A stretch of 60,676 nucleotides of DNA, taken from contig DASULA010000093.1 in NCBI GenBank assembly GCA_036278435.1, positions 1 to 60,676 on the forward strand, in the 5' to 3' direction. This document shows, piece by piece, positions 10,161 through 18,811 of the stretch. A model generated the notes under the pieces. That model saw only the letters and a list, made by a program, of their open reading frames with translations, searched no databases and was not told where the DNA came from. This DNA comes from Mycobacteriales bacterium. Lineage in GTDB: Bacteria; Actinomycetota; Actinomycetes; Mycobacteriales; DASULA01. Made by a program: the position numbers and the translations under genes. Each line of letters begins with the position of its first letter. Position 1 is the first letter of the stretch.

Positions 10161-10297
10161 CGTTGGTAATCCCCTTCACGGTGGCAGGACAGTCGGGATG
10201 TCCGGCGCAGATCCGAGGTCCCCGGATGCCGACGGAGCATCCGGGGACCCGGGCGCGACCCGTCAGGCTGGAGGGCAGGGGCCGGACCGGACGTGCG

Positions 10298-10669
10298 TCA
10301 CGCGCCGTCGGCGAGATTGCTCAGGTGGATCGAGGCCAGCCGCCAACGCGGTCCCTCCTTGACCAGCACCTGGGTGGCCCGGAACCGCCCGTCAGTCGGG
10401 TGGCCCTGGTAGCTGGTTCGCTGACTCTGCACACCGATGGCCACGGCCGTCATTCCGTACTCGCGGATGCCCACGTCGGACCACGTGAAGGACTGGTTGA
10501 CCAGGTTCCCGGAGGTGTACCTGGCCAACCACTGCTCCTTGTTGAGTTTGAAGCCGCGCGGGCCGACGCCGACGAAGTCGTCGGTCAGCAGGTCAGCGAG
10601 TGCGGCGGTGTCGTGGCGTTCCTCGGCGGCGGCCCACTCCTGGCCGAGGGCCACCAGTTCCTCGCTCAT
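10298..10669 (-). CDS. NTF2-like / DUF4440 (SnoaL-like fold) protein
   Basis: MSEELVALGQEWAAAEERHDTAALADLLTDDFVGVGPRGF is the typical DUF4440 N-terminus. Start taken at the internal ATG (M11 of the tracked ORF). Confidence 0.7.
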   Translation of the reverse strand: MSEELVALGQEWAAAEERHDTAALADLLTDDFVGVGPRGFKLNKEQWLARYTSGNLVNQSFTWSDVGIREYGMTAVAIGVQSQRTSYQGHPTDGRFRATQVLVKEGPRWRLASIHLSNLADGA

Positions 10670-10760
10670 GCGGTCTGCCTCCTCAAACCTCGGTGACATT
10701 GATCAACTTCGCAATCGAAACATTAGATATCGAACCTCGACGCCATCTAAGCTAGTAGCC
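10670..10760. promoter_or_regulatory. Divergent promoter/operator region between the DUF4440 and MarR genes
   Basis: Locally AT-richer 91-nt gap with short dyads (TTCGcaatCGAA, TCGA-N11-TCGA). MarR regulators typically bind such intergenic palindromes. Confidence 0.4.
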
Positions 10761-11189
10761 ATGGGACCTCCTGACAAGCCGCCGATCGGACTGGTGGTCA
10801 CCCGCACGGCCAAGGCGCTCAACCGCGCCTTCGAGCGGGCGCTCGGCGGGGCCGGTGGATCGCAGCCGGTGTGGTTGATCCTGCTCGCACTGAAGAGCCA
10901 GCCCGGCAGCACGCAGCGCCGGCTCGCCGAGGAGCTGGGGATCCGGGAGGCGACGATGACCCACCACCTCAACGGCATGGAACAGGCCGGGCTGGTGACC
11001 AGGCGCCGGGACCCGAACAACCGGCGGGTCCACCAGGTCACGGTCACCGAGGACGGCGAGATCCTCTTCGAGCGGCTGCGGGCAGCCGCCCTGGCCTTCG
11101 ACCTGCGGCTGCGGTCCGGAGCATCCGACGGTCAGCTCGACCAGTTGACCGAGACGCTGCAACGGCTCGCCGACAACGCGAGTCCGTGA
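10761..11189 (+). CDS. MarR-family transcriptional regulator
   Basis: Winged-helix segment QRRLAEELGIREATMTHHLNGMEQAGLVTRRRDPNNRRV. ATG at 10761 is in frame with tracked ORF 10437... Confidence 0.85.
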   Translation: MGPPDKPPIGLVVTRTAKALNRAFERALGGAGGSQPVWLILLALKSQPGSTQRRLAEELGIREATMTHHLNGMEQAGLVTRRRDPNNRRVHQVTVTEDGEILFERLRAAALAFDLRLRSGASDGQLDQLTETLQRLADNASP

Positions 11190-11406
11190 TCCGACCCAGA
11201 GCGGAGCCACGCGGGGGGCGTGCCCGGTCACCGGCGCCGCCACCGAGCAGCCACGGAGAGCCCGGTGGGCACCGGGCCGGGCGGTACGGATCTGTCCCAC
11301 CCGCCTGTGACGTCTTCCCTGGCCTGCCGGGCTCTCGTCTCACTCGGTCCAACCGGAAGTACCCGATGATGCTTTCGTCATCGGCTGAAAATGAGCAGGG
11401 CTGGCA

Positions 11407-12444
11407 ATGAGCATGGAGGTTGAGATGCGATCCGTCCAGGTGCATGCCGTGAGCAGGGCTCGGGGATCCGACAGCCTTGTGGTACGTGTGACCGACATCC
11501 CGGAACCGACAGCGGGGCAGGCCAGGGTCAGGATCGCGGCGGCAGGAGTTTCCTACGGCGATCTGCTCTTCCAGCGCGGCGTGGTCCCCGGAGGTCCGAA
11601 GCCGCCATTTGTCCCCGGTTGTGATCTCACCGGCGTTGTCGAGTCGGTCGGCCCTGGCGTGGCCGGCGTGGAACCCGGCGACCGGGTCACCGCGCTGGTC
11701 GTCTCCGCTGGTTACTCCAGCGTTTTGAACGTGCCGGTGGAACGGCTCGTTCCGGTGCCGGCGGACCTCGATCCGATCCAGGTCGCCGCCGTCTCCCTGA
11801 ACTACTTCATCGCGTATCAGATGCTGCACCGGATCGCACAGGTGCGATCCGGACAACGCATCCTGGTGCACGGCGCGTCCGGAGGCGTCGGGTTGGCGCT
11901 CCTCCAACTTGCCGAACAGATTGGCGACGTGCAGGTGTGGGGCACCAGTTCGGCCCGGAATCTGGAGCTGGTGGGCAAGTTCGGGGCGACCCCCATCGAC
12001 TACCGGGCCGAGAACGTGTTCGAGGTCGTCAAGGCAGCCGGCGGCAGCGTCGACGCCGTCTTCGACCACATCGGCGGAACCCACTTCTGGCGGTCGTACA
12101 CCGTGCTCCGTCGAGGCGGGCGTCTGGTCGCCTACGGGCAGAATGACGCCCTACGCGACGGCCGGCCCAACATGCGGGTGGGTGCCATCGGGTTTCTCGG
12201 CGGAATCCTCGCGCCCAAACTCATCCCGGATGGTCGACGGACCGGGTTCTACAATGCCTGGGCTCTGGAGAAGTCCCATCCGACCGCCTACCGAGACGAT
12301 CTTACCCACGTCCTCACCCTGCTGGCGGCCGGCAGGGTCGCACCCCGATCGATCACCGTGCTGCCGTTGCGGGAGGCCGACATGGCGTTCCGGACCCTTG
12401 AGGAGGGCGTCACCGGAAAGATCGTGCTGGACACCAGCGCCTGA
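11407..12444 (+). CDS. Zinc-type alcohol dehydrogenase / quinone oxidoreductase (MDR superfamily)
   Basis: GVSYGD, VHGASGGVG nucleotide-binding motif, C-terminal GKIVL. Confidence 0.85.
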   Translation: MSMEVEMRSVQVHAVSRARGSDSLVVRVTDIPEPTAGQARVRIAAAGVSYGDLLFQRGVVPGGPKPPFVPGCDLTGVVESVGPGVAGVEPGDRVTALVVSAGYSSVLNVPVERLVPVPADLDPIQVAAVSLNYFIAYQMLHRIAQVRSGQRILVHGASGGVGLALLQLAEQIGDVQVWGTSSARNLELVGKFGATPIDYRAENVFEVVKAAGGSVDAVFDHIGGTHFWRSYTVLRRGGRLVAYGQNDALRDGRPNMRVGAIGFLGGILAPKLIPDGRRTGFYNAWALEKSHPTAYRDDLTHVLTLLAAGRVAPRSITVLPLREADMAFRTLEEGVTGKIVLDTSA

Positions 12445-12594
12445 CCGGGATACCGGGGGCCGTTGCGCGAGCCGTGCCGGCAGATTCCCAGCCACCGGGG
12501 ACACCTGGCTCATGACGTTTCCGCTCCGATGCCGAAGCCTGGTGGCAAACGGGCTACCTACCCGGAGCATCCTTCGCACCCCAGGGAGTGACCA

Positions 12595-13881
12595 GTGGCG
12601 AACGCACGGATCACCACCTCGACGGCAGACGACGCGCATTCCGACCCGGAAGTCACCGCCTGGCTGGCCCGGATGGCGCAGCCACTTCATACCATCGAGG
12701 TGGACGCTTCGCTGGCTGATCTCGAACCGTTGCGCGCGATCGTCGGTGATGCCGTGATCGTGGGTATCGGCGGCTCCACCTACGGCGCGCACGAACAGTT
12801 CACCCTGACCACCAGGATCATCCGGTTCCTGGTTGAGGAACTGGGGTTCCGCACGGTCGCCACCGAGGAGGACTGGGATGTCGCCCTCGACCTTGACCAA
12901 TACGTCGTCACCGGTGCGGGGAATCTGAGCAAACTGATGTCGGGCACGAATGCGCCATGGCGTGTCCGGGAGATCCACGCCGCGCTGGAATGGTTACGCG
13001 GGTACAACGCCGGACGTGCGGATCCGGTGCGTTTCGTCGGCGTGGGCGTGATCGACACCAGGCCTGCCGTGTACGATCTGGTGGAGGTCCACGTCGGGCG
13101 TGTCGCCCCGGACCGGCTGGCCGAACTACGCGAACACTTCGCTGTCATCAGGCCCGTCCGCCCCGACCATGTCCGGTGGTTCTTCGCCGAGGTCGCCGAC
13201 AAGGATGCGTTCGTCGAGCATGCTCGGCAGGCGTTGCGGCTGGTCGAGAATCTGCCGTCCGCAGGCCCGGACAGCGCGCTCGCCGTTCAGCATGCCAGGC
13301 AGATTGTGGCCGTCTACGAACACTACGTGCACCACGTGGTGGAGGACGGTTACCGTGATACCGCGATGGCCGACAACCTGCGTTGGTGGCAGGAGTACAC
13401 TGGGCATCGGATCGCCTACTGGTCAACGAACGCGCACAGTGCGCGCAGCACGGGGCTCACGGTCTCCATTCCACCTAAGGGACGGCTAGAATTCACGCCG
13501 ACCGGCGAGCGCCTGCGCGAAAGGTACGGCGACCGGTACGTGTCGCTGGGCCTGACCTTCGACCACGGAACGGTGATCTCCGGATGGGGTCTACCACCGT
13601 TCGCCCGGCGGCCGTTGGCAGCGCCATCGGTGCCCGCGCAGTTCGCCGAGCGGCCCCTGTGCGATGTCGATCTGGACCAGTTCCTGGTGGACCTGCGCAC
13701 CCCGGTGTCCGGGCATGTAGGCCGTTGGCTCGACGGGCCGGCGCGCACCCGAGTCATCGGTTCGATCTGCGACCCCGGCCAACCCCCGGAGGAGTACTGG
13801 ATGGCCGGCGGGTCGCTGCGCCAGTGGTTCGACGTGCTGCTGCACAGCAACCGGCCGGTGTCACCGACCGCGGATTTGTGA
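12595..13881 (+). CDS. Erythromycin esterase family protein
   Basis: VIVGIGGSTYGAHEQF...FLVEELGFRTVATEEDW pattern of the Ere/ChaN-like family. GTG start follows GGGAG. Confidence 0.8.
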   Translation: MANARITTSTADDAHSDPEVTAWLARMAQPLHTIEVDASLADLEPLRAIVGDAVIVGIGGSTYGAHEQFTLTTRIIRFLVEELGFRTVATEEDWDVALDLDQYVVTGAGNLSKLMSGTNAPWRVREIHAALEWLRGYNAGRADPVRFVGVGVIDTRPAVYDLVEVHVGRVAPDRLAELREHFAVIRPVRPDHVRWFFAEVADKDAFVEHARQALRLVENLPSAGPDSALAVQHARQIVAVYEHYVHHVVEDGYRDTAMADNLRWWQEYTGHRIAYWSTNAHSARSTGLTVSIPPKGRLEFTPTGERLRERYGDRYVSLGLTFDHGTVISGWGLPPFARRPLAAPSVPAQFAERPLCDVDLDQFLVDLRTPVSGHVGRWLDGPARTRVIGSICDPGQPPEEYWMAGGSLRQWFDVLLHSNRPVSPTADL

Positions 13882-14210
13882 TCTCGGGCCGGTGGCCGTG
13901 CTGGCCCGGCAGGTCCGCCGGACGCTCCACGGCCGACCGGGGCGGCGCGGGACCGGCGCGAAGAGGCCCGGCCGGGATCGGCCGGTGGTGTGCCGGCGGG
14001 CGTGGACGCCGACACGCGCGTGGTGGGACGCCGGCACCGCACGGTCGTTCCTCCCAGAGCGCCACCGACCGCCTCGGTCCCAGGCTCCCCGGCGGGTCGG
14101 CGCCCAGACTCGATGCGGTACGACGCGCCCGGCGGTGCCGTCCGTACCGGCCCGTCTCGCCGCGCGCACAGGGTCGGCGCGGGTGGGGCGGGATGATCCG
14201 GGTGGCGCCG

Positions 14211-14390
14211 TCACTCGGTGTCGGAGCCGGGCACCGGCAGGGTCCACGGCCAGGCCAGGGCCACCGCCCCCCACCACCACCACGGTAGTTCGGCTCCGCC
14301 CTGCCGTTCGTCGGCTGCCGTCCCGTCCTCGTTGAACTGGTCAGTCCACTGGTCGAAGTCGGCATGGTGGTCGGCCCATTCCAGACCCAT
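14211..14390 (-). CDS. Possible small protein (59 aa): acidic N-terminus, Trp-rich hydrophobic C-terminus
   Basis: Not in the track (<60 aa). Hand translation: MGLEWADHHADFDQWTDQFNEDGTAADERQGGAELPWWWWGAVALAWPWTLPVPGSDTE. About 85% G/C at third positions. GGAAGGG lies 7 nt upstream of the ATG. Confidence 0.3.
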   Translation of the reverse strand: MGLEWADHHADFDQWTDQFNEDGTAADERQGGAELPWWWWGAVALAWPWTLPVPGSDTE

Positions 14391-14680
14391 CGCTGCCCTT
14401 CCCTACCCGGCGCCGGTCCCAACCGAAGTCGGCTGATTTGCTTCCCAGCTCTCCACCGACCGACGTTTGCAGCACCGCGTCCGGCCGTGGCGGGTCACGC
14501 GTCCTAAACTGGCGGGATTCGTTCCCGACTTCTGGCACCCACAGGAGGCGTGGGTGCGGGAGAACATCGATGTCGCGTGCCGGAACCGCCGAAGTGGGCG
14601 GGCGGGCGAGGGCCGGGCGGCCGGTTGGGGCCGAGGTGGGGATTCGCCGCTGTTCCCCACGCCGGGGGTGACCCGTGGGC

Positions 14681-14760
14681 GTGCTGGTCAACGTGGACTC
14701 GACTGTCACCCGCGCGCACCAGCACCCCTGCTGGAGCGCGAAAAGGGGGATGCTCAGGCC
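14681..14760 (+). mobile_element. Degenerate IS5-family transposase relic
   Basis: One frame reads VLVNVDSTVTRAHQH and the adjacent frame reads PAGARKGG. Together these give the conserved IS5 DSTxxRAHQHAAGARKGG block, broken by a frameshift. No intact ORF. Confidence 0.35.
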
Positions 14761-14972
14761 GAACCACGAGGCGGGGTAGGACAACCCGAGCCGGCCGCCC
14801 GCGTACTCGACCAGTGCTTTCAGACAAAGCGGACAACTCTAGAACACGCCGGAGCCTGGCCGCCAGCCAGCAGCAGGTTGCCACCGGGCCGCCGTGCCCG
14901 TGGGGAAACTGACAACCCGCGCGACGTACGGGTCGTGCGGGTTGGAATAAGGTCCAGTAGATCCTCGATCTG

Positions 14973-15045
14973 TGCCCCCGGGAGGATTCGAACCTCCGAC
15001 ACCCGCTTTAGGAGAGCGGTGCTCTATCCCCTGAGCTACGAGGGC
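14973..15045 (-). tRNA. tRNA-Arg (anticodon CCT)
   Basis: Hand-folded cloverleaf: acceptor GCCCTCG/CGGGGGC, anticodon stem CCGCT/AGCGG, loop CTCCTAA, T-loop GGAGG-TTCGAAT-CCTCC. 73 nt, no encoded CCA. Confidence 0.9.
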
Positions 15046-15277
15046 GTGTGACTGTGTGGAAGGCTACCGCGTCGGCGGACGGCGGTGTCGGCGGCCAGCT
15101 GTGGTGGAACGTTCGTTCGGCTGGCTGCCGTCCATCGCTGACGGGGTGTTGGGGGTGGCTTGGCCCGCGGCCCGGTAGCAGGATTCGGGCCGGCGGGGAC
15201 TGGACCTGCCGCGTGGTCTTTGGCAGGCTGTCGGGCTGTTGGTCTGAGCCGAGACGGTCTGGGAGATTCTGCGTACA

Positions 15278-16300
15278 GTGCGGATTCTGAGGGAACCTTT
15301 GTCGATCGCCCGTTGTGTCACGGTCACGGCCGTGGCCTCGCTGCTCGCCGGGGGTTTCGCCGGTGGGGTGCCCGGGGTGGCCGTGGCCGCCCCGGGATCG
15401 CAGTCGCCGGGTCAGGTGCAGGCGCAGTTGAAGACCCTGATGCACAAGGTCGAGGTGGTGACCGAGAAGTACGACGCGGCCACCGATGAGGTGGCCAAGA
15501 AGCGGGCCGCCCGCGACCGGGCCGACGCCACGGCCAGGGCGCTGAACGCCAAGCTCGGCGCGGTCAGCGGCAAGGTGCGCCAGATGGCCTCGGCGACCTA
15601 CCGGGCGGTGCCGTTCAGCGAGTTCACCGCTCTGATGACGAGCAGTTCCCCGCAGCAGTTCCTGAACCAGCTCAGCGCCCTGGATGTCATCGCCAGAAAG
15701 CGTGGCCAGGCGGTGGCGACGTTACGGCAGACCAGTGTCAGGGCCGGACAGGCGCAGCAACGGGCCCGCCAGGCCGCCCAGCAGGCCCAGGAACTGGTCG
15801 ACTCGCTGGCTGCGCAGAAGGCGTCACTGGACAAGCAGGTCACCAGACAGAAGTCGTTGCTGGCCACGCTGACCTTCTCCGAGCAGCAGGCGGTGTTCGC
15901 CAGCGCGTTCGGCAGTGGGTCGCTGGTGGCTCCGGACGTGCCGGCCACCGGTCGGGCCGAGGCGGCCGTGGCCGCGGCCAAGTCCATGCTGGGCGTCCCC
16001 TACGTGACCGCCGGGGCCTCGCCGTCACCGGGGTTCGACTGCTCCGGGCTGACCATGTGGGTCTGGGAGCAGGCCGGCGTGTCGCTGCCGCACCACGCCG
16101 CGTCCCAGTACGGCATGGGTCCGCACGTGCCCCGCGACCAGCTCCAGCCCGGGGACCTCGTGTTCTTCTTCTCCCCGATCAGCCATGTGGGTATCTACAT
16201 TGGCGACGGGATGATGATTCACGCACCCACCCCGGGCGACGTGGTGAAGGTGGCCCCGATCAACGAGATGCCGTTCGCCGGCGCCACCAGGGTTGGCTGA
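15278..16300 (+). CDS. NlpC/P60-family peptidoglycan endopeptidase with N-terminal coiled-coil (RipA-like)
   Basis: Signal-like N-terminus and a long Q/A-rich coiled coil. C-terminal FDCSGLTMWVW...HVGIYIGDGMMIHAP catalytic Cys/His motifs. Confidence 0.85.
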   Translation: MRILREPLSIARCVTVTAVASLLAGGFAGGVPGVAVAAPGSQSPGQVQAQLKTLMHKVEVVTEKYDAATDEVAKKRAARDRADATARALNAKLGAVSGKVRQMASATYRAVPFSEFTALMTSSSPQQFLNQLSALDVIARKRGQAVATLRQTSVRAGQAQQRARQAAQQAQELVDSLAAQKASLDKQVTRQKSLLATLTFSEQQAVFASAFGSGSLVAPDVPATGRAEAAVAAAKSMLGVPYVTAGASPSPGFDCSGLTMWVWEQAGVSLPHHAASQYGMGPHVPRDQLQPGDLVFFFSPISHVGIYIGDGMMIHAPTPGDVVKVAPINEMPFAGATRVG

Positions 16301-16576
16301 CCGGAGGCTGAACTCCTGGCGTGGCGACCCCGGACGGTTCTGGACGGCTCCGGACGTGCGTCGGCGCCGCCGCGCGGCTCGATCGCCGGGCGGTCCGGCG
16401 CGTCACGCCGGCGCGGCGCAGCCCCGGCCGGCGGCACGCCGTTCGGGACGCACCCCGTGTCAACCAACCCGGCTCCGTCGTTGTCCTGAATGGGGGGACG
16501 GACCGGCCGCCTGCGGTCCACCCAGCCAGGTTCGCCGGCCGGCCGGCCGGCTTGCCCACAACCGTCAGGAGACCCG

Positions 16577-17863
16577 GTGTCGCACGGTCGGAAACCATCC
16601 ACCCGCGTCCTGATCTCCCCGTTCGTGGGTGTTGGGCCGCTGGCCGCGGCCACGATGTTCGTCGGCGGTTGCCTGCTGGTGGTACTGGTCCTGGCCACCC
16701 GGCCGATGAGTTGGCGGACCATCGACCTGGAGGTGTACCGGTCGGGCGCCTCGGCGCTGCTGCACGGCCGGGACGTCTACGCCGCGCACCCTGGGGACTC
16801 CCACCTGCCGTTCAGCTACCCGCCGTTCGCGGCGTTGTCCTTCGTGCCGATGGCGTTGCTCGGCCAGATCGCGTCCCGGGCAGTGCTCACCGCGCTGTCC
16901 GCCGCGGCGCTGGTGCTGTGCCTGGGCCTGTCCGTCCAGGCGGTACGTCCAGGATGGAGAGTTCGATCCCGCTGGACGGTCGCGTTGCTGGTGGGGACCG
17001 CGGCGCTGTTCACCGACCCGGTGTACTGGACGCTGGCCTTCGGGCAGGTGAACCTGCTGCTGGTGGCACTGGTGCTTCTGGACCTGCTGGGGGGTCGAAC
17101 CGGGCTGCCCCGCGGCGTGCTGATCGGGGTGGCCACGGCGGTCAAGCTGACCCCCGGCCTGTTCGTCGTCTACCTGGCGCTGACCCGCCGGATGCGGGCG
17201 GCGGTGACCGCGGCCACGGTGCTGGCGGCCTCGATGGCGGTCGGGTTCCTGGTGGCGCCGGGGCCGTCGCTGGAGTACTGGGGTCGACTGGTGTTCGATC
17301 CCGGCCGGGGCGGCGGGCGGGAGTTCATCGATAACCAGTCGCTGCGTGGAGCGGCCATCCGGCTCGCCGGGGCGGTCGGTTCGACCCCGGTCGGCTGGGC
17401 GGTGCCGGCGGTGCTGACCCTGGTCGTCGGCATGTGGTTCGCCGTCCGGGCGGGCCGTCGCCCGGACGATCTGCTCGGCGTGTCGCTGTGCGCGGTCACC
17501 GGCCTGCTCGTCTGGCCGGTCTCGTCGAACCATTACTGGGTGTGGGCGCTGCCGGTGGCGGTCGTGCTGTGGGCACGGTGCCTGGACCTGCGCGCCCCGG
17601 CCCGGGTGGCGGTGGCCGCCGGCTGGACCGCGGTCTTCTGCCTCGCACCGATCTGGTGGGTGCCCTACCGCCACGGGCTGAAGTTCACCCTGCACGGCGG
17701 CCAACTGCTGGCCGGTAACGCCTACGTGCTGGCCGGGCTCGCCCTGCTGGCCGGCGCGCCGCTGCTGGTCCGCTCGGCACTGCCCAGCCGGGGCACCGGG
17801 CAGCCGGTGGCACCCGAGCCCCGGGCGGAACCGGACCTTCAGAACGCGGCGAGCCAGACCTGA
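16577..17863 (+). CDS. GT87-family (DUF2029) polyprenol-phosphate-mannose-dependent mannosyltransferase-like membrane protein
   Basis: DLEVYRSGASALLHGRDVYA...FSYPPFAAL motifs and multiple TM spans. GTG at 16577 lies 4 nt after AGGAGA. The tracked ORF begins at 16490. Confidence 0.75.
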   Translation: MSHGRKPSTRVLISPFVGVGPLAAATMFVGGCLLVVLVLATRPMSWRTIDLEVYRSGASALLHGRDVYAAHPGDSHLPFSYPPFAALSFVPMALLGQIASRAVLTALSAAALVLCLGLSVQAVRPGWRVRSRWTVALLVGTAALFTDPVYWTLAFGQVNLLLVALVLLDLLGGRTGLPRGVLIGVATAVKLTPGLFVVYLALTRRMRAAVTAATVLAASMAVGFLVAPGPSLEYWGRLVFDPGRGGGREFIDNQSLRGAAIRLAGAVGSTPVGWAVPAVLTLVVGMWFAVRAGRRPDDLLGVSLCAVTGLLVWPVSSNHYWVWALPVAVVLWARCLDLRAPARVAVAAGWTAVFCLAPIWWVPYRHGLKFTLHGGQLLAGNAYVLAGLALLAGAPLLVRSALPSRGTGQPVAPEPRAEPDLQNAASQT

Positions 17864-18131
17864 TGTGAGCGTTCACCGACTCGCGCTCCAGCCGGGGCCG
17901 GCTGAGAGGACCCGGCACGGGTTGGTGGTCATCGCCCACCACCTGGTGGCCGGGCGGTTTGGGTTGCCCGGTTTGCGGGCAGCCTGAGGGCGAACACCGG
18001 GTACCGGTGACCGGGCGCGAACCGGGCCGATCGCCGCGGCGGGACGGAACCGGGTGGGTCGGGATGGGCCAGGATCCGTCGAGGATCCTGCCGGATCGGT
18101 CGGTCGGCGTCGGTAGCGGAGGAGGCCGCTC

Positions 18132-18680
18132 ATGGGCAGCATGCTGCAGGGCAGGAACATCGCGTTCGTGGTGGCGAACGAGGGTGTCGAGCGGGTCGAG
18201 CTGACCGAACCGTGGAACGCGGTCGAGGACGAGGGCGGCACCCCACAACTGGTGGCGCCGCACGCCGGGACGGTGCAGACGTTCGACCACCTGGACCGCT
18301 CGGCCGCGTTCGAGGTGGACGCGGCGGTGGCCGACGTCGAAGCCGGTGAGTTCGACGGGCTGGTGCTGCCCGGCGGGGTGGTCAATCCAGACAAGCTGCG
18401 GACAAGCCCGGCGGCCGTGCACATGGTGCGGCGGTTCTTCGAACTGGGCCGGCCGGTCGCGGTCATCTGCCACGGCCCGTGGACTCTGGTCGAGGCCGAC
18501 CAGGTGCGTGGTCGGCGGCTGACGTCGTGGCCGAGCCTGCGGACGGACATCCGAAACGCCGGCGGTGACTGGGTCGACGAGGAGGTCGTGGTCGACACCA
18601 ACGGCCCGAACGTGCTCATCTCCAGCCGCCGGCCGGATGATCTCAAGGCGTTCTGCGGGGAGATCGTGCACCGGTTCTGA
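18132..18680 (+). CDS. DJ-1/PfpI family protein (type 1 glutamine amidotransferase-like)
   Basis: Nucleophile-elbow AVICHGPW. GGAGGAGG RBS before the ATG. Confidence 0.85.
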   Translation: MGSMLQGRNIAFVVANEGVERVELTEPWNAVEDEGGTPQLVAPHAGTVQTFDHLDRSAAFEVDAAVADVEAGEFDGLVLPGGVVNPDKLRTSPAAVHMVRRFFELGRPVAVICHGPWTLVEADQVRGRRLTSWPSLRTDIRNAGGDWVDEEVVVDTNGPNVLISSRRPDDLKAFCGEIVHRF

Positions 18681-18759
18681 CCCTGCCGCACCATCTCACC
18701 ACCTTCCGGGTCCTGCTCCGGTTACGGTGCGGGTCCGCGGTGTTTCGGATAGGGCGCAA

Positions 18760-18811
18760 CACCGGTTCCCGGTCCTGCTCCAGGTACGGGGCAGGACCGG
18801 GAACACCGGTG
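18760..18811. terminator. Long near-perfect hairpin between convergent pfpI-like and MMPL genes
   Basis: CACCGGTTCCCGGTCCTGC ... GCAGGACCGGGAA(CA)CCGGTG. The right arm abuts the MMPL stop codon (18812-18814). Confidence 0.55.

Noticed and set aside
13882-14210. Possible genes in the high-GC gaps 13882-14210 and 47340-47957.
   Set aside because: All six frames give Arg/Pro/Gly-rich translations with no motif, no RBS-linked start and no clear third-position GC bias. I cannot support any CDS there. They may be decayed pseudogenes.
15046-15277. Cyclic-di-AMP (ydaO-type) riboswitch upstream of the NlpC/P60 gene, a known association in actinobacteria.
   Set aside because: I could not find the conserved ACCCG..CAGCUAACC / GGGGA..CCGA core segments in the 230-nt leader. 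Only isolated GGGGAC/GAGCC strings are present, and these are expected by chance at this GC content.
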